DNA of 62,832 nucleotides, the filler included, from Chrysochromulina tobinii (Eukaryota): assembly GCA_001275005.1 (NCBI GenBank). It is 5 parts of 5 records of this genome, joined end to end, with 100 filler letters (N's around TTAATTAATTAA, not from the genome) between each part and the next. Parts side by side here need not be neighbours in the genome. Positions count along the whole stretch, not along the records: positions 1 to 22,703 come from JWZX01001276.1; 4 more parts are not named here. The stretch is one strand, 5' to 3'. Below, in pieces: positions 1 to 9,994 of this stretch. The position numbers and the translations under genes are program-made. Numbering within the stretch: position 1 is the stretch's first letter; the number at the start of each line of letters is the position of its first letter. The notes beneath the pieces are model-generated. The model was not told the origin of the DNA. It saw only the letters and a program-made list of their open reading frames with translations, and searched no databases.

Positions 1-88
1 GATACACTCAGGATACACTCAGGATACATCAGGATACGTATCTGATAGGAAACTGTACCCAAACACGATAGGAAACTGACCCGCACCG
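1..88. repeat. Dispersed repeat end (GGATACACTCA tandem units + GATAGGAAACTG direct repeats); inverted copy at 60506-60595
   Basis: Reverse complement of 1-88 matches 60506-60595 almost base for base (one 2-nt indel); a short related motif CAGGATACACTCAGG also occurs at ~48974-48988 near another contig start. Confidence 0.8.
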
Positions 89-380
89 AGGTTCGCCCCG
101 GTACCGGTAAACTTCCTGGACGCAACAAGTAAAAACACATCGGCGAGGATCACAAGGATCCTGACCACCACCCCACCCACCCAGAAAATTCTCGACCCCC
201 GCGGATCGCATTCACGCAAGCGCGCCGTCCATACTTGCGTACCGGTAAATTTGGCGCCGTAAACTTACCGGACGACGCCAGGCAAGGCGGGGCAACAAGT
301 CTGGGGCCACTCCCCCTTCTCGAAGCGCGGTGGGCGGAGGGCACGGCATTGAGTCGCCTGTGTCGTCTGCCGACGTGGGA

Positions 381-1283
381 ATGTCGTCTGAATCTTCGAC
401 GCCTTCGACACGCCCCTCGAGGCGATCGCCGTGGACAAACATGTTTCGGCGGCGAAACGTGAGCCGCATGGAGACGATGCAGCTGCATGCAGGTGCTCCC
501 AACGAGGATGAGGATGTCTCGGAGCTTCCGATGTCGGATCTTCTCCTGGAGATGCAGAGGCCACCGATGGCCCTGACCATTGATGGTCGCGAGGCGGCGA
601 TATTGCTCATGAACACCATGCAGCGTGATGTCCAAAACATGAACTTATTTGCCTCTGAGCCCCGCAGGACCGTGAGCACGTACCAAGTGAACCTTGTGCA
701 GCTGCGCCAGCTTACGAGCGGCCTCTTCGAGATGGACGAGGAGAGACGCTTCGAGGATGACATGAAGGCGGCGATGGATGAGAGCGTGTCCATTGCCGTC
801 CATCAGCTGCCCGTGGTAGAGTGGCGGGACGAGCCGTATGAATGCCCCCTCTGCCTCGACACTGTGGAGGTGGGCACGCGCGTTCGCCAACTCGGGTGCA
901 AGCATCACTTCCATACGGAGTGCATCGACCGGTGGCTCTGCCAGGAGCAGAGCGGCAAGCGGCGGCGCTGCCCATTGTGCAACGCCGACCCGATCACCGG
1001 CATCGTGCCAGACCCGTTCGAGGAGCTCCGAGCTAACCCCCGCTGGAACCCCTCAGCAGCCCCGAGGCATCGCAGCACGGACGCGCGGACAGCGGCAACT
1101 GCCGAGCCCACGGGCCTCCTATTCGGGGGGCTGCCCGTCGAGGAGCTCCTCCCGCGCTGGGTCTTTCTCTCATGGCCACCAGCAGAGGACATTGGCGAGC
1201 AGCGGCCTGCGGCGACGGGCAACGACCACAGCTTAGGGCTGCAGCAGGGACAGGAGGTGCACGAGAGCACCTATTCGGCGTGA
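381..1283 (+). CDS. RING-H2 zinc-finger E3 ubiquitin ligase
   Basis: CPLCLD...RQLGCKHHFHTECIDRWL...CPLC (C3H2C3); first ATG at 381 within ORF 330-1283. Confidence 0.85.
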   Translation: MSSESSTPSTRPSRRSPWTNMFRRRNVSRMETMQLHAGAPNEDEDVSELPMSDLLLEMQRPPMALTIDGREAAILLMNTMQRDVQNMNLFASEPRRTVSTYQVNLVQLRQLTSGLFEMDEERRFEDDMKAAMDESVSIAVHQLPVVEWRDEPYECPLCLDTVEVGTRVRQLGCKHHFHTECIDRWLCQEQSGKRRRCPLCNADPITGIVPDPFEELRANPRWNPSAAPRHRSTDARTAATAEPTGLLFGGLPVEELLPRWVFLSWPPAEDIGEQRPAATGNDHSLGLQQGQEVHESTYSA

Positions 1284-1865
1284 AGAGACTCATCCTATGA
1301 CGTCGTGCGCGAGCACATTCCACTGCGCACGTTAGGCCTCCCGGCTCCCCATCAAGCACATCGTACGGGTGAGCAGTCCCGAGTCGAGCCTCGCGGCGTG
1401 AGTGAATAGTACCATACAGCTTCGCATTCTGGCCCATGTCTCTATCAAGTCATTGTTAAACCTGTAAATAGACTACAACCGTCGACCGTAAACGCAACGC
1501 ATACAAGGGAAGTCGAAAGACCGCCGATAGACGGACCGACGGATACAGACGAGAGCCGAGCTGAGCCGCACGCACAAAATATCACGTGCCGGAGCGGAGA
1601 ATCTCGAACGTGTCGATCCCCCCGCGCGTGAATCGAGTCAGATCCGCTCCGGCCCACACTCACACACTCCGCCGGAACTCCGCGCGGGCACGTTATAGCA
1701 GCACGTTATGGCGTCAGTATGGCGTCTGGTCGCTCATGCAGATTCACGCCGCCGGCCGTCTTGGCCTTCGGGCTCAACATTAATTCTTGTGAATCTGCGG
1801 TCGGTCTTTCAGTTGCATGCTCACGAGCACACTGGCTCGCACAGCCACAATAGAAGGAAGAGAGG

Positions 1866-2732
1866 TCAGAAGGTCGGCCCAGGCCGCTTGAGCCTCTCGA
1901 TGCTGTCCTTCAGCCCCACCTCCACCACTTGCAGCCGTATATCTGCTGTCTCTGCCGTCAGGCAAGCCGGCCGGATCTCGAGCGCGACTCCAAGCGCTGG
2001 CAGCGGGTTGATGAGCCCCGCAATCCAGAGCGCCCTGGCTGTCGGGCGGTTGGGTTCGGGGATCGGGCCTAGGTCGGCGAGGATCTTTTCGATTTGGCCA
2101 GGCTGCCGCTCACGCCCTGTCGCCTTGACTAGCTGCATCCACTCGGAGACGAGCACATCGAGGGCCTCGGCGCGCGCCAGTACTGCAGGCGCTGGCTGCT
2201 CGCCAGGAGTAGATGCGTCGAGCGATAGCCAGCGGACGCTGCCAGACCGACCAAGCCAACGCGATCCCTCGTCCTCGCCGACCTCTACAACCTCGCAATA
2301 TCGATCGGCAACGAGCGTCGCGATGGCATCGCCCTCTGGCCGCCGGTCGAGCCGCTCGACGCGGCACTCAACACCGTTATTGAGGAGTCGTAGCCGATCG
2401 CGGCCGACCATCACAAGAGGACATTCGTCGACTTCCATCCTGTCGAGGGTTTCCACGAATGAGGCCGGCACGCTGAACGTGAGGCACTGTCCGGGCACCA
2501 TTGAATCGAAGTTGAAAAGACGCACTTTTTCTGGTTCGGGCGCCTGTTGCAGAGCCGAGATACGAGAGGCTAGAAGGCTCAGATCCAATCCACCAGCAGC
2601 CTTGCTATCTTCGTCGGATGGCTGTTCCAGAGCCATGCGCGCAGTCAGACCAGCATGACTCGCGTGCATAACGTTGGCAGGCCCCAAGACGTAGGATAGC
2701 ACGATCGCCGGCAAGACGATTGACAGCTGCAT
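1866..2732 (-). CDS. Lon protease N-terminal (substrate-binding)-like domain protein with N-terminal signal/transit leader
   Basis: 288-aa ORF; hydrophobic leader MQLSIVLPAIVLSYVLG; DSMVPGQCL...GVECRV...ALWIAGLINPLPALGVALEIRP resembles the algal LON_substr_bdg-like family. Confidence 0.6.
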   Translation of the reverse strand: MQLSIVLPAIVLSYVLGPANVMHASHAGLTARMALEQPSDEDSKAAGGLDLSLLASRISALQQAPEPEKVRLFNFDSMVPGQCLTFSVPASFVETLDRMEVDECPLVMVGRDRLRLLNNGVECRVERLDRRPEGDAIATLVADRYCEVVEVGEDEGSRWLGRSGSVRWLSLDASTPGEQPAPAVLARAEALDVLVSEWMQLVKATGRERQPGQIEKILADLGPIPEPNRPTARALWIAGLINPLPALGVALEIRPACLTAETADIRLQVVEVGLKDSIERLKRPGPTF

Positions 2733-3070
2733 CCACTTCCTTCTTCGCCCTCGTCGGCTTGACTCGTGTGAACCCGTTTTTTTCTAACGAAAAGCCAGGA
2801 CGTCGCTCCACGAGCGGCGACTTTGGGAAATTCATTTCCGAAAGTCTAGCACGAGCCAACTCGTCGGCCCCCTTGTCCCCCTTGCCTCTCACACTCGCGG
2901 AGCAATTTTTCGCGAGGTCGCGATCTCGCCACGCGTGACGCCGTCGACCGCGCACCCACCTGGGGCTGTATGGCTACTTTTCACATCAGCTCCTCATACA
3001 TGTAGCGTGCTCACGAAAAATAGCCTCCAAACATTTACGGCCGAGGAAGATTCGATTGCTGACATGTGCG

Positions 3071-4426
3071 CTACCCTTTGTTGAGCTGCCCCGCGTCATA
3101 GTCGGCCTCCAGGTAGAAGGCGACGGACACGTTGCGACCGCCGAAGAAGCGGCCGTCCAGGTCGATGTACGCCTTCATAGCGGCGGCCTGCTTGGAAAAT
3201 TTGACGAAGATGCGCACCGCGTCCTCAGACGCGGGCGCCTCGGTGGTCGGTTGCTCAAAGATGGTAACGCCGAGCACCTCGCCGTACTTGGAACACTCCT
3301 CGCCGATCTCGCCCGAGAGCTCGTCGTCCACCTCGCCCGGTCCCACCATGTTATGAAGCATGAGCACTCGGCTCGGACGGCCGCGAAAGGTTACGGCACC
3401 CTTGGCGGCACCGGCGGCGGTGGCCACGGTCGCGCCGCCGGTCACTCCTCCAGCCGCGCCAGGCGGCGGTGGCGGCGGTGGCGGTGGTAGCGCTGAGGGC
3501 AGCGGCGGGCGGCCCATGGCGCGCTCGGCAGCGTTGACGATCACGCCTGTGGCGCCATCACTCTTCCTGGCGACGAGTGGCGTACGCATCCCCTGCCCAT
3601 CCTTACCCAGGCCCTGGCCCTCACTCCATCCCATCTTCTGGATCATGCTCAGCCCCGGGTCCGCCTCGGCGTCTTCGATGCCGCGGACGCCGGCACCGCT
3701 GCCGTCGCCCACGCCGCCGCCATCGCCGGCGACGCCTCCGAGGCCGCTGCTCACCGACGCAGATTGCAGGGCAAACGGCGGCGGCGGCGGCGGTGGAATT
3801 CTTTGCCGCTTCGAAGCAGGATCGTCCGAACCGGCACCAGATGTAACAGGCGGCGGCGGCGGTGCGAGCGGCGGCGCGAGAGGCGGCGGCGGCGGCGGAG
3901 CGAGTAGCGGCTGCGACGAGGAAGCTGCCGGAGGCTGTGAGGCAGGCGCAGCAAGGCTGGCGAGCTTGCGGCTGGTCTCGGCCTTCTTTTGCTCGAGCGC
4001 CTCCTCGAGCTCCTTGGCTTTTTTCTTCGCCTCCAGCTCGCGAACCAACTCTCTGTAGTCGTTCGGTGTCGCCGGATCGTACGGCACCTTGATGTCCTTG
4101 AACCAGCCGTGTGTGCCAAGCAGCACACTGGGCCCAGCGCTGCCAGCGGTGGGCAATGGAGACGGCAGCGGCGACGGCAGCGACGCAGGCACGCTGGCTG
4201 GGAGCAAGCCCTTGATCACTTCAGCAGGCTTGGAAGCCTTTTTTCCTACCTTGGGTGGCGCGAGCTTCAGCGCTGCCGTGAGCACTGGCGAGCTAGCTGG
4301 CTTTTCAGCAGTCACTGCGACCACAGCTGCTGGAGCTGCGGCCGAACTCGCGCTACTGCTGCTCGCGGCGGCCACAGGCGCACCTGCTTTGCCCGATTTG
4401 GGGTCGAGGCCGGCGAGCGCGTACAT
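3071..4426 (-). CDS. RBM17: Splicing factor 45 (SPF45/RBM17/DRT111-like): SF45 motif, G-patch, C-terminal UHM-RRM
   Basis: PYDPATPNDY motif; G-patch MIQKMGWSEGQGLGKDGQG; UHM LHNMVGPGEVDDELSGEIGEECSKYG...AYIDLDGRFFGGR; start ATG uncertain. Confidence 0.88.
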   Translation of the reverse strand: MYALAGLDPKSGKAGAPVAAASSSSASSAAAPAAVVAVTAEKPASSPVLTAALKLAPPKVGKKASKPAEVIKGLLPASVPASLPSPLPSPLPTAGSAGPSVLLGTHGWFKDIKVPYDPATPNDYRELVRELEAKKKAKELEEALEQKKAETSRKLASLAAPASQPPAASSSQPLLAPPPPPPLAPPLAPPPPPVTSGAGSDDPASKRQRIPPPPPPPFALQSASVSSGLGGVAGDGGGVGDGSGAGVRGIEDAEADPGLSMIQKMGWSEGQGLGKDGQGMRTPLVARKSDGATGVIVNAAERAMGRPPLPSALPPPPPPPPPGAAGGVTGGATVATAAGAAKGAVTFRGRPSRVLMLHNMVGPGEVDDELSGEIGEECSKYGEVLGVTIFEQPTTEAPASEDAVRIFVKFSKQAAAMKAYIDLDGRFFGGRNVSVAFYLEADYDAGQLNKG

Positions 4427-4589
4427 TATCAGCGCCTCGTCGCGGCGAGGCCCTCGCGACCTTCCTCGCTCCACAGGGTTGCGGATGTACCATGGTAGCG
4501 ATTGTACGATGATCGAAGTTGGAGCTGTGAAGTTAAAAAGTCTGTGAATGGGGCGCATTGAGTTGAGGTTGAACGCTTCGCACTTTATT

Positions 4590-6524
4590 CTACAGGTCCT
4601 TCACAGTGCTTGCATGGTCAGCCTGCTCGGTGCCCGTGTGACGCTTGCGGACGACAGTCAGGAGCTCTCGTCGTTCGGAAATGATTCCCATCACCTCCTC
4701 GCGGGTGCACTCAATCGTCTCCGACGGCTCCAGCCCAGGAAATTCGTTCCCGGACTCAGCAGATGGCGAGCGAGCGAGCACCTCCAAATAGTCGCACCAC
4801 CTGCGAAACTGCTCCTCTGGCACTGCGGTCTGGAATAGCCGGTGCAGCGCCATAGTCTCTGGGCTCTGGGTCGAGCTGTCGAGCTGCCGGGCCCGCAGTG
4901 CGTCACAAGCCTGGTGTCGCTCCTCACGCTTCTGCCGGCGGCTACGGTGGCGCGGAGGGGTGGAGTCGGTGCTCGATCTACGTGCGAGCATCCCGGATGG
5001 ACCAAGCACGGCATCCAAGCCCACATCCACGTCGAAATGCTCGGATGCAGCCTCGGCGCCCTCGCGTCGCATCTCGACTGCATGCGCAGCCAAAATGTCC
5101 GGCAGGCAGCACGCTGCATGCACCCGGCCCAAATTTGGAAGGCAGCACGCTGCATGCACTCGGCCCAAATTTGGAAGGCAGCACGGCGCCAATACCAACG
5201 CCTCGACGCTCTGGTGCAAAGCATGAAACGCTCGGATCGTGACTGTGGAGAGCTCGCCGCATAGATGCATACCGAGTAAAATGGTGCGACGGCCTCCTCC
5301 GGCCGCTTGAATCAGCTCGTCCAATGACCCGACGAATGTCGGTGAGAGCAGATCCATCTGCGTGTACCGCACGTTGCTGAGGCCGGCCGCTGCAAAATGC
5401 GGTAGTCGCGTGGGCTCAATGATGTCGACTGCGGAGATGAGACACGTGGGGAAGAGGACGCCCAGAATGACGCTCACGAAGCTTGTGCCACAGCACAGGT
5501 CGACGATGTGACATGGAGATGCCTTGCGATGGATCTCGCGCTTGATCTCGTGATCGAGCTCACAAATCTCGTCATCGATCCCGCCATCGAGCTCACGGAG
5601 GATGCACCGCGTCGCCTCGAGCATTGCAAGTGCCTCTGTAAGCTCCCTCGTGAAGCTGTGCCGGCGTGTCGGCGAGTTCACGAAGTGGAGCGCCGGCGAT
5701 GAGAGCGTCGCGAGCTTGGACTCATCCACACCGCGACTTGTGAAGAACTGCGTGATCAAGTGCTGCTGCGCGGGAGTCATGGAGCTTGGCAGCAGGCCGC
5801 GCGTCGCCTTAGCCCGCAGGCTGCCAAACTTGGACGCGCCGTGTTGGCGACCGCACGTCGCACAGGTGAAGCACTTGTGGAGCACGACTGCGCCAGCAGC
5901 CAAGCACGGCGTGGCAACGTTGGGCACGCGTGGAGGAGGAAGCAGAGGTTTCCTAAGCGCTCGACGTGGCGTAGACGCATGCGGTCGTTGAGAAGGCTGA
6001 CCCATCGAATCTAACACTTTGAGCACGCTTGTTGCAGAGATCCGAGCGGCTGCAGCGAGGGCGGCGACGTCGGTCTCACGCGACTCGTCGCTCCAAGACT
6101 GCATGCCTCTGCCCTCGTTGGCCTTCCACTCGATGACGACAAGCCAAGGCCTCGGACGAGCCTCTTTGCTCGCAGCCCACTGGTCCGTGACAAAACGGCG
6201 GTGCGCCTCGGATTCACAGAGGCTGCCAGGTGTGGTGGCAGTGCCATCCGCGGTTAGGTGCACGAGCATTTCGTCGAGAGATTCGGTTGACGCGAGTCGT
6301 TCATATTTGATGAGAGAGTCCCACGCAAACCACACCCAGACCACGTCCGAAGCGAAGGAGGATCCCGGAACAGTAACGACGAGCTTGACGCGATCCGGCC
6401 ATTCCCGCTGCTCGGCAGTCGACAGGCGCTGGGTGAGCGGCAGCGACCCTTGGAGAATAGCTGCTCTGGAAGCAGCAGCGATCGGCTGCACGTCGGTGGC
6501 TCGAGCTTCGACCACCGAGCGCAT
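4590..6524 (-). CDS. Putative SAM-dependent methyltransferase (Methyltransf_32-like)
   Basis: HIVDLCCGTSF (motif I), GMHLCGELS and LAPCCLP motifs; in-frame 36-bp duplication at ~5104-5184; start uncertain. Confidence 0.7.
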   Translation of the reverse strand: MRSVVEARATDVQPIAAASRAAILQGSLPLTQRLSTAEQREWPDRVKLVVTVPGSSFASDVVWVWFAWDSLIKYERLASTESLDEMLVHLTADGTATTPGSLCESEAHRRFVTDQWAASKEARPRPWLVVIEWKANEGRGMQSWSDESRETDVAALAAAARISATSVLKVLDSMGQPSQRPHASTPRRALRKPLLPPPRVPNVATPCLAAGAVVLHKCFTCATCGRQHGASKFGSLRAKATRGLLPSSMTPAQQHLITQFFTSRGVDESKLATLSSPALHFVNSPTRRHSFTRELTEALAMLEATRCILRELDGGIDDEICELDHEIKREIHRKASPCHIVDLCCGTSFVSVILGVLFPTCLISAVDIIEPTRLPHFAAAGLSNVRYTQMDLLSPTFVGSLDELIQAAGGGRRTILLGMHLCGELSTVTIRAFHALHQSVEALVLAPCCLPNLGRVHAACCLPNLGRVHAACCLPDILAAHAVEMRREGAEAASEHFDVDVGLDAVLGPSGMLARRSSTDSTPPRHRSRRQKREERHQACDALRARQLDSSTQSPETMALHRLFQTAVPEEQFRRWCDYLEVLARSPSAESGNEFPGLEPSETIECTREEVMGIISERRELLTVVRKRHTGTEQADHASTVKDL

Positions 6525-6673
6525 CACGGCGTGTTGTGAATTGGCTGTGGAAGGGCACGCAGGAGGTGTAGAGGAGGGCGAACGAGTGATTTCACGCAAC
6601 TTTCTGGTCGCCCGTAGCGTCACTCCCATAAAGTACGGAATGGACGGCGCAATGGGACGGCCCCTGGGACCTC

Positions 6674-7165
6674 GGGTACCGGTACATCGGTACATGTATT
6701 CATGGCCTTTCAGGGGGTCCCGCCAATTGGTAGGTAGCTTGGTCAGTTACTCTAGAGGCCTATTCCGGTAGCCCTATTCACGGCCTTCTTGTATACCGTT
6801 TAGACTGTACCTAGACTGTACCGGTACCGTTTTCGCGGCGCGGTCGTCCATGTCGCGTGTGGCGTGTGCCCGTGACAGAGTCCCGTGTATGTCAACTCGT
6901 GTGCACGTTAACGCGACACACGCGACAACCGGTGCTACCTGCTACGCCTACGGCACTCAATTGACGGCTCTGTTACTACCCGCTCAGAATACACACGCCA
7001 ATTGACACACGCCTTACATGACTACCGGTAAAAAGACACCGGGGGGAGCCGGGACACACACTACCGGTACTGTACGGTTCAAACCGTATGATACCGGCTC
7101 GTGTGTCCCCCCGGTGTTTTACCGGCTCAAAAACACCGTAGGTACGGTAAATTTACCGGTACCTC
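6674..7165. repeat. ACCGGT/GTAC-rich palindromic repeat cluster containing the AAAAAGACACCGGGGGGAGCCGGGACACAC motif
   Basis: Motif at 7024-7060 with an inverted partial copy at ~7101-7125; the same motif is at 59870-59895 and 60225-60300. Confidence 0.65.
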
Positions 7166-7308
7166 GCCAACCGAATTATTCGTTGTTTTGGCTCGCACGC
7201 GGCTCGCACTGTGTGGTCTCACGGAACATCCCGAAGCGGGCCGTCCTGCGTCGCCGTTCGCTGGTTTTGGTGCGAGCTCCAAACGGGGAGCCGCTGACTC
7301 GCGTGGAA

Positions 7309-9363
7309 ATGTACGGGGCCCTCCGCCGCCAAATCACTCCCGCGGCACCCACGTCGCTCGCTCCTGCAACCGAGCCTTTTCCTGCCGACAAGAAGTCGTA
7401 TGGACCTCTGGATCGTGGATCGATAGTGGATTCGGAAAGTGGTTCACCCTCTGGAAAATGGCCCAGTAAGGCCTTCGTACTATTTCGCCTGTTTCTGGCC
7501 CTGCCCGCGCCCATGTTCTTATTGTTCACCGGCACTCAATACTCACGACGTGCTCAAGTCGCAGGTTGGACCGGGTCCTTCACAGAGCTCGGCGCAGGGT
7601 ATACCCTTGGAGTCCAAGTCTGGCTCGCTTCTTCTCCTCCTCTCGTGCTATCGCTCCTCCTCGCCCAGATCGATTATACTGGCGAAGCCCTTACCGAGCG
7701 CGTCTTTCCATGGCCCACGGCGTTGGAGGTTGCGTTGTATCTCGGCTCCATCTCTGCCTACCTCGCGCTTTACTATATCGAGCGGTTGAATTTGTTCGCG
7801 TTCGGCATTTTCATAGCCTTTATTTGCTTTGGTGCTTTCCTCTATTTTGCTAAACTCGTCTTGCGTGACGTCAAGAAATACCAAAAACTCGAAAAGTACA
7901 AGTCCTTCGTCCGCTCGCAAGCAGTGCGGGCCGGCATCATCACCTTGATAATGGCGTGCGTGACCACCTTTGCTCTGTCGGCGATGCTGCGGGTGCCAAT
8001 TAAAGCGACTCTGCTGAATGTATTCGTTGAGTTGTCACTCAACGGCATCGCCTGTGCGGACCAGGCTGCGTTTGTATCGGCGTTCGAGGCATCTTCCGCC
8101 AATGCTAGCTGCCCTGCCCTGCCCAATTGCGGCTACGCGACCTACGAGGACCTGTGCCAGGCCGTGCAGTACGCTCCGATGGTGCGAGCCCTGACTGACG
8201 ACACTTTTGACGTGAACCTCTTCATTTTAGCATCCTGGCTTATCATCTCAATTCTCATTCTCGGCACTGGCCGTGCACGCGCAAACGACGGCTACTCGGA
8301 CTTGCTCTCTCCACACATGCTCGTTGCCATTCTGCTAGGCCTTGTGTCACTCATAATGACGCTCTTCTCATTCATGCGCCTCCTCCTCCTTGTGCTAAGA
8401 CTTTCTGTACCGCGCCCGGCCCCTTACTTTGACAGAGCGGACCTAATGAACACGTACGAGTTCCCTTTGACCTGCTATGGCAACTGTGTTTCTATCTGGT
8501 TTTACTGCAAAAATGTTGCTCTGCTCTTACTCATCCTCTTCGCACTCAACTTCGACTTCTTCAAAAAGTATGCGTTCCCGGTGGAGCATGCCATCAAGAA
8601 GCTCCGAGACCAAGGGTGGGACGACGACGCACCCTCCTTCTACTTTATCCCCGCCGAAAGGGTGCGCAAGTGCGACACCAAGTCGCTGCCTCGCATGCAG
8701 ACGCTGCGCAAGGACGGCCACCTAACGAAGAAAGAAATTCCCCTCGCATCCGCGTTTCGTGGCGGTGGCATCATGGCGAACATCCTCTTCGTGAGCCATC
8801 GGTGGGAAGAGCATCATCAGCCCGATGTCAACGGCGAGCAACTCAAAGCCATCAAGGCGTATCTGGAAAAGCACTCTGAAATCGAATGGGTCTGGTTTGA
8901 TTACTCGTCGATGCCCCAGAAAGTGGATGGCGTTGACACTAGGACTCACGAGGATAAGGCCGAGTTCCAGCTCATGCTTGCCGCCATCGCCGACCTTTAC
9001 CTGACTGCGCGCGTCCTCATTCTCCTCGACGGGTCGTACGCGTCCAGGTTCTGGACGCTGACGGAGGCATGGTGCTCGATGCAGACGGTCACGTCCAATG
9101 GGCTCCGCCCCGCAACGGAGGCTGAGCTTCGCTACACGATTGAATGTATCCACACTGCTGACGAAACGCATGATAAGGAGGGGCTCGTTAAAAAGGTGTC
9201 CAAGAAGACGCCCAAGGAAATGTTCGATCACCTCAAGAATCCGGACGTGATCGTTACCAATGCAAAGGACAAGGAGACCATGTTGCCCAAGATCCTGGAG
9301 ATCAATAGGCATGTCATTGAGAAGTTTCCGAACCAAGCGTCACCGCCAGCAAGCGAGCAGTAA
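7309..9363 (+). CDS. Multi-pass membrane protein with C-terminal HET-like (heterokaryon-incompatibility/TIR-related) domain
   Basis: About 8 hydrophobic segments, then ILFVSHRW...WVWFDYSSMPQ...LYLTARVLILLDGSYASRFWTLTE, the HET-domain pattern; ATG 7309 preferred because the upstream ORF part reads through repeat DNA. Confidence 0.7.
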   Translation: MYGALRRQITPAAPTSLAPATEPFPADKKSYGPLDRGSIVDSESGSPSGKWPSKAFVLFRLFLALPAPMFLLFTGTQYSRRAQVAGWTGSFTELGAGYTLGVQVWLASSPPLVLSLLLAQIDYTGEALTERVFPWPTALEVALYLGSISAYLALYYIERLNLFAFGIFIAFICFGAFLYFAKLVLRDVKKYQKLEKYKSFVRSQAVRAGIITLIMACVTTFALSAMLRVPIKATLLNVFVELSLNGIACADQAAFVSAFEASSANASCPALPNCGYATYEDLCQAVQYAPMVRALTDDTFDVNLFILASWLIISILILGTGRARANDGYSDLLSPHMLVAILLGLVSLIMTLFSFMRLLLLVLRLSVPRPAPYFDRADLMNTYEFPLTCYGNCVSIWFYCKNVALLLLILFALNFDFFKKYAFPVEHAIKKLRDQGWDDDAPSFYFIPAERVRKCDTKSLPRMQTLRKDGHLTKKEIPLASAFRGGGIMANILFVSHRWEEHHQPDVNGEQLKAIKAYLEKHSEIEWVWFDYSSMPQKVDGVDTRTHEDKAEFQLMLAAIADLYLTARVLILLDGSYASRFWTLTEAWCSMQTVTSNGLRPATEAELRYTIECIHTADETHDKEGLVKKVSKKTPKEMFDHLKNPDVIVTNAKDKETMLPKILEINRHVIEKFPNQASPPASEQ

Positions 9364-9994
9364 CGGAGTTGTCTGTCCGCTGCATGCCTGCGCCTGCTGC
9401 GCCAGGATCTTGGCGAGGGTCTAGCTCGCTCAAGCCGAGCGCAAGCGCCGTGCCGAGCATGGTGTTAACATGGAGTTTGCGGACGAGGGCCCCTGCATTT
9501 CAACCTGAGAATGCAGACGAGCTGAATCGGGTATCAGCTATCACAGGGATGGGGGTGGTCTGAATCAGGTCAGGGACGTCATAGGGGGTGTGGCCGGTGT
9601 TGACTGTCCGCGGTGAGCCGAGCGCGGGGAGGGGAGAACATTCGAGAATCGTGTGCGAGCTCGCTGCCGCTTCCTACCTGCTCTACCGATTTGATCGAGT
9701 ATAAGTCTCTAGTGTGAGTGCGCTTAAGTTTCAAGTTCGGCCTAGCTGGCTACATGTACATGATCGAGCAACTGTGAGTGCGGCTCTGCTCAGCTGCCTA
9801 GAGTAAAGTGTGAGCTGTTCACAGGTACTGTGCGATCTGCTCGCCTTTGGCCAACGCCGCCCGGGCATAATCGAATTCCCCCCTCGCGACTCGCCTTGTC
9901 TCTCCGCCAGCCGAATTCGCATATTTCGTTTAGTGCTTGCTGCTGGGATCGTGGGATCAGGGATGTGACCCTGCCGGATCGGATCGATCCGACA

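Noticed and set aside
7018..7308. N-terminal ORF extensions (also 57787-58155 and 6525-6695)
   Set aside because: They read through repeat DNA or the neighbouring gene; downstream ATGs fit better
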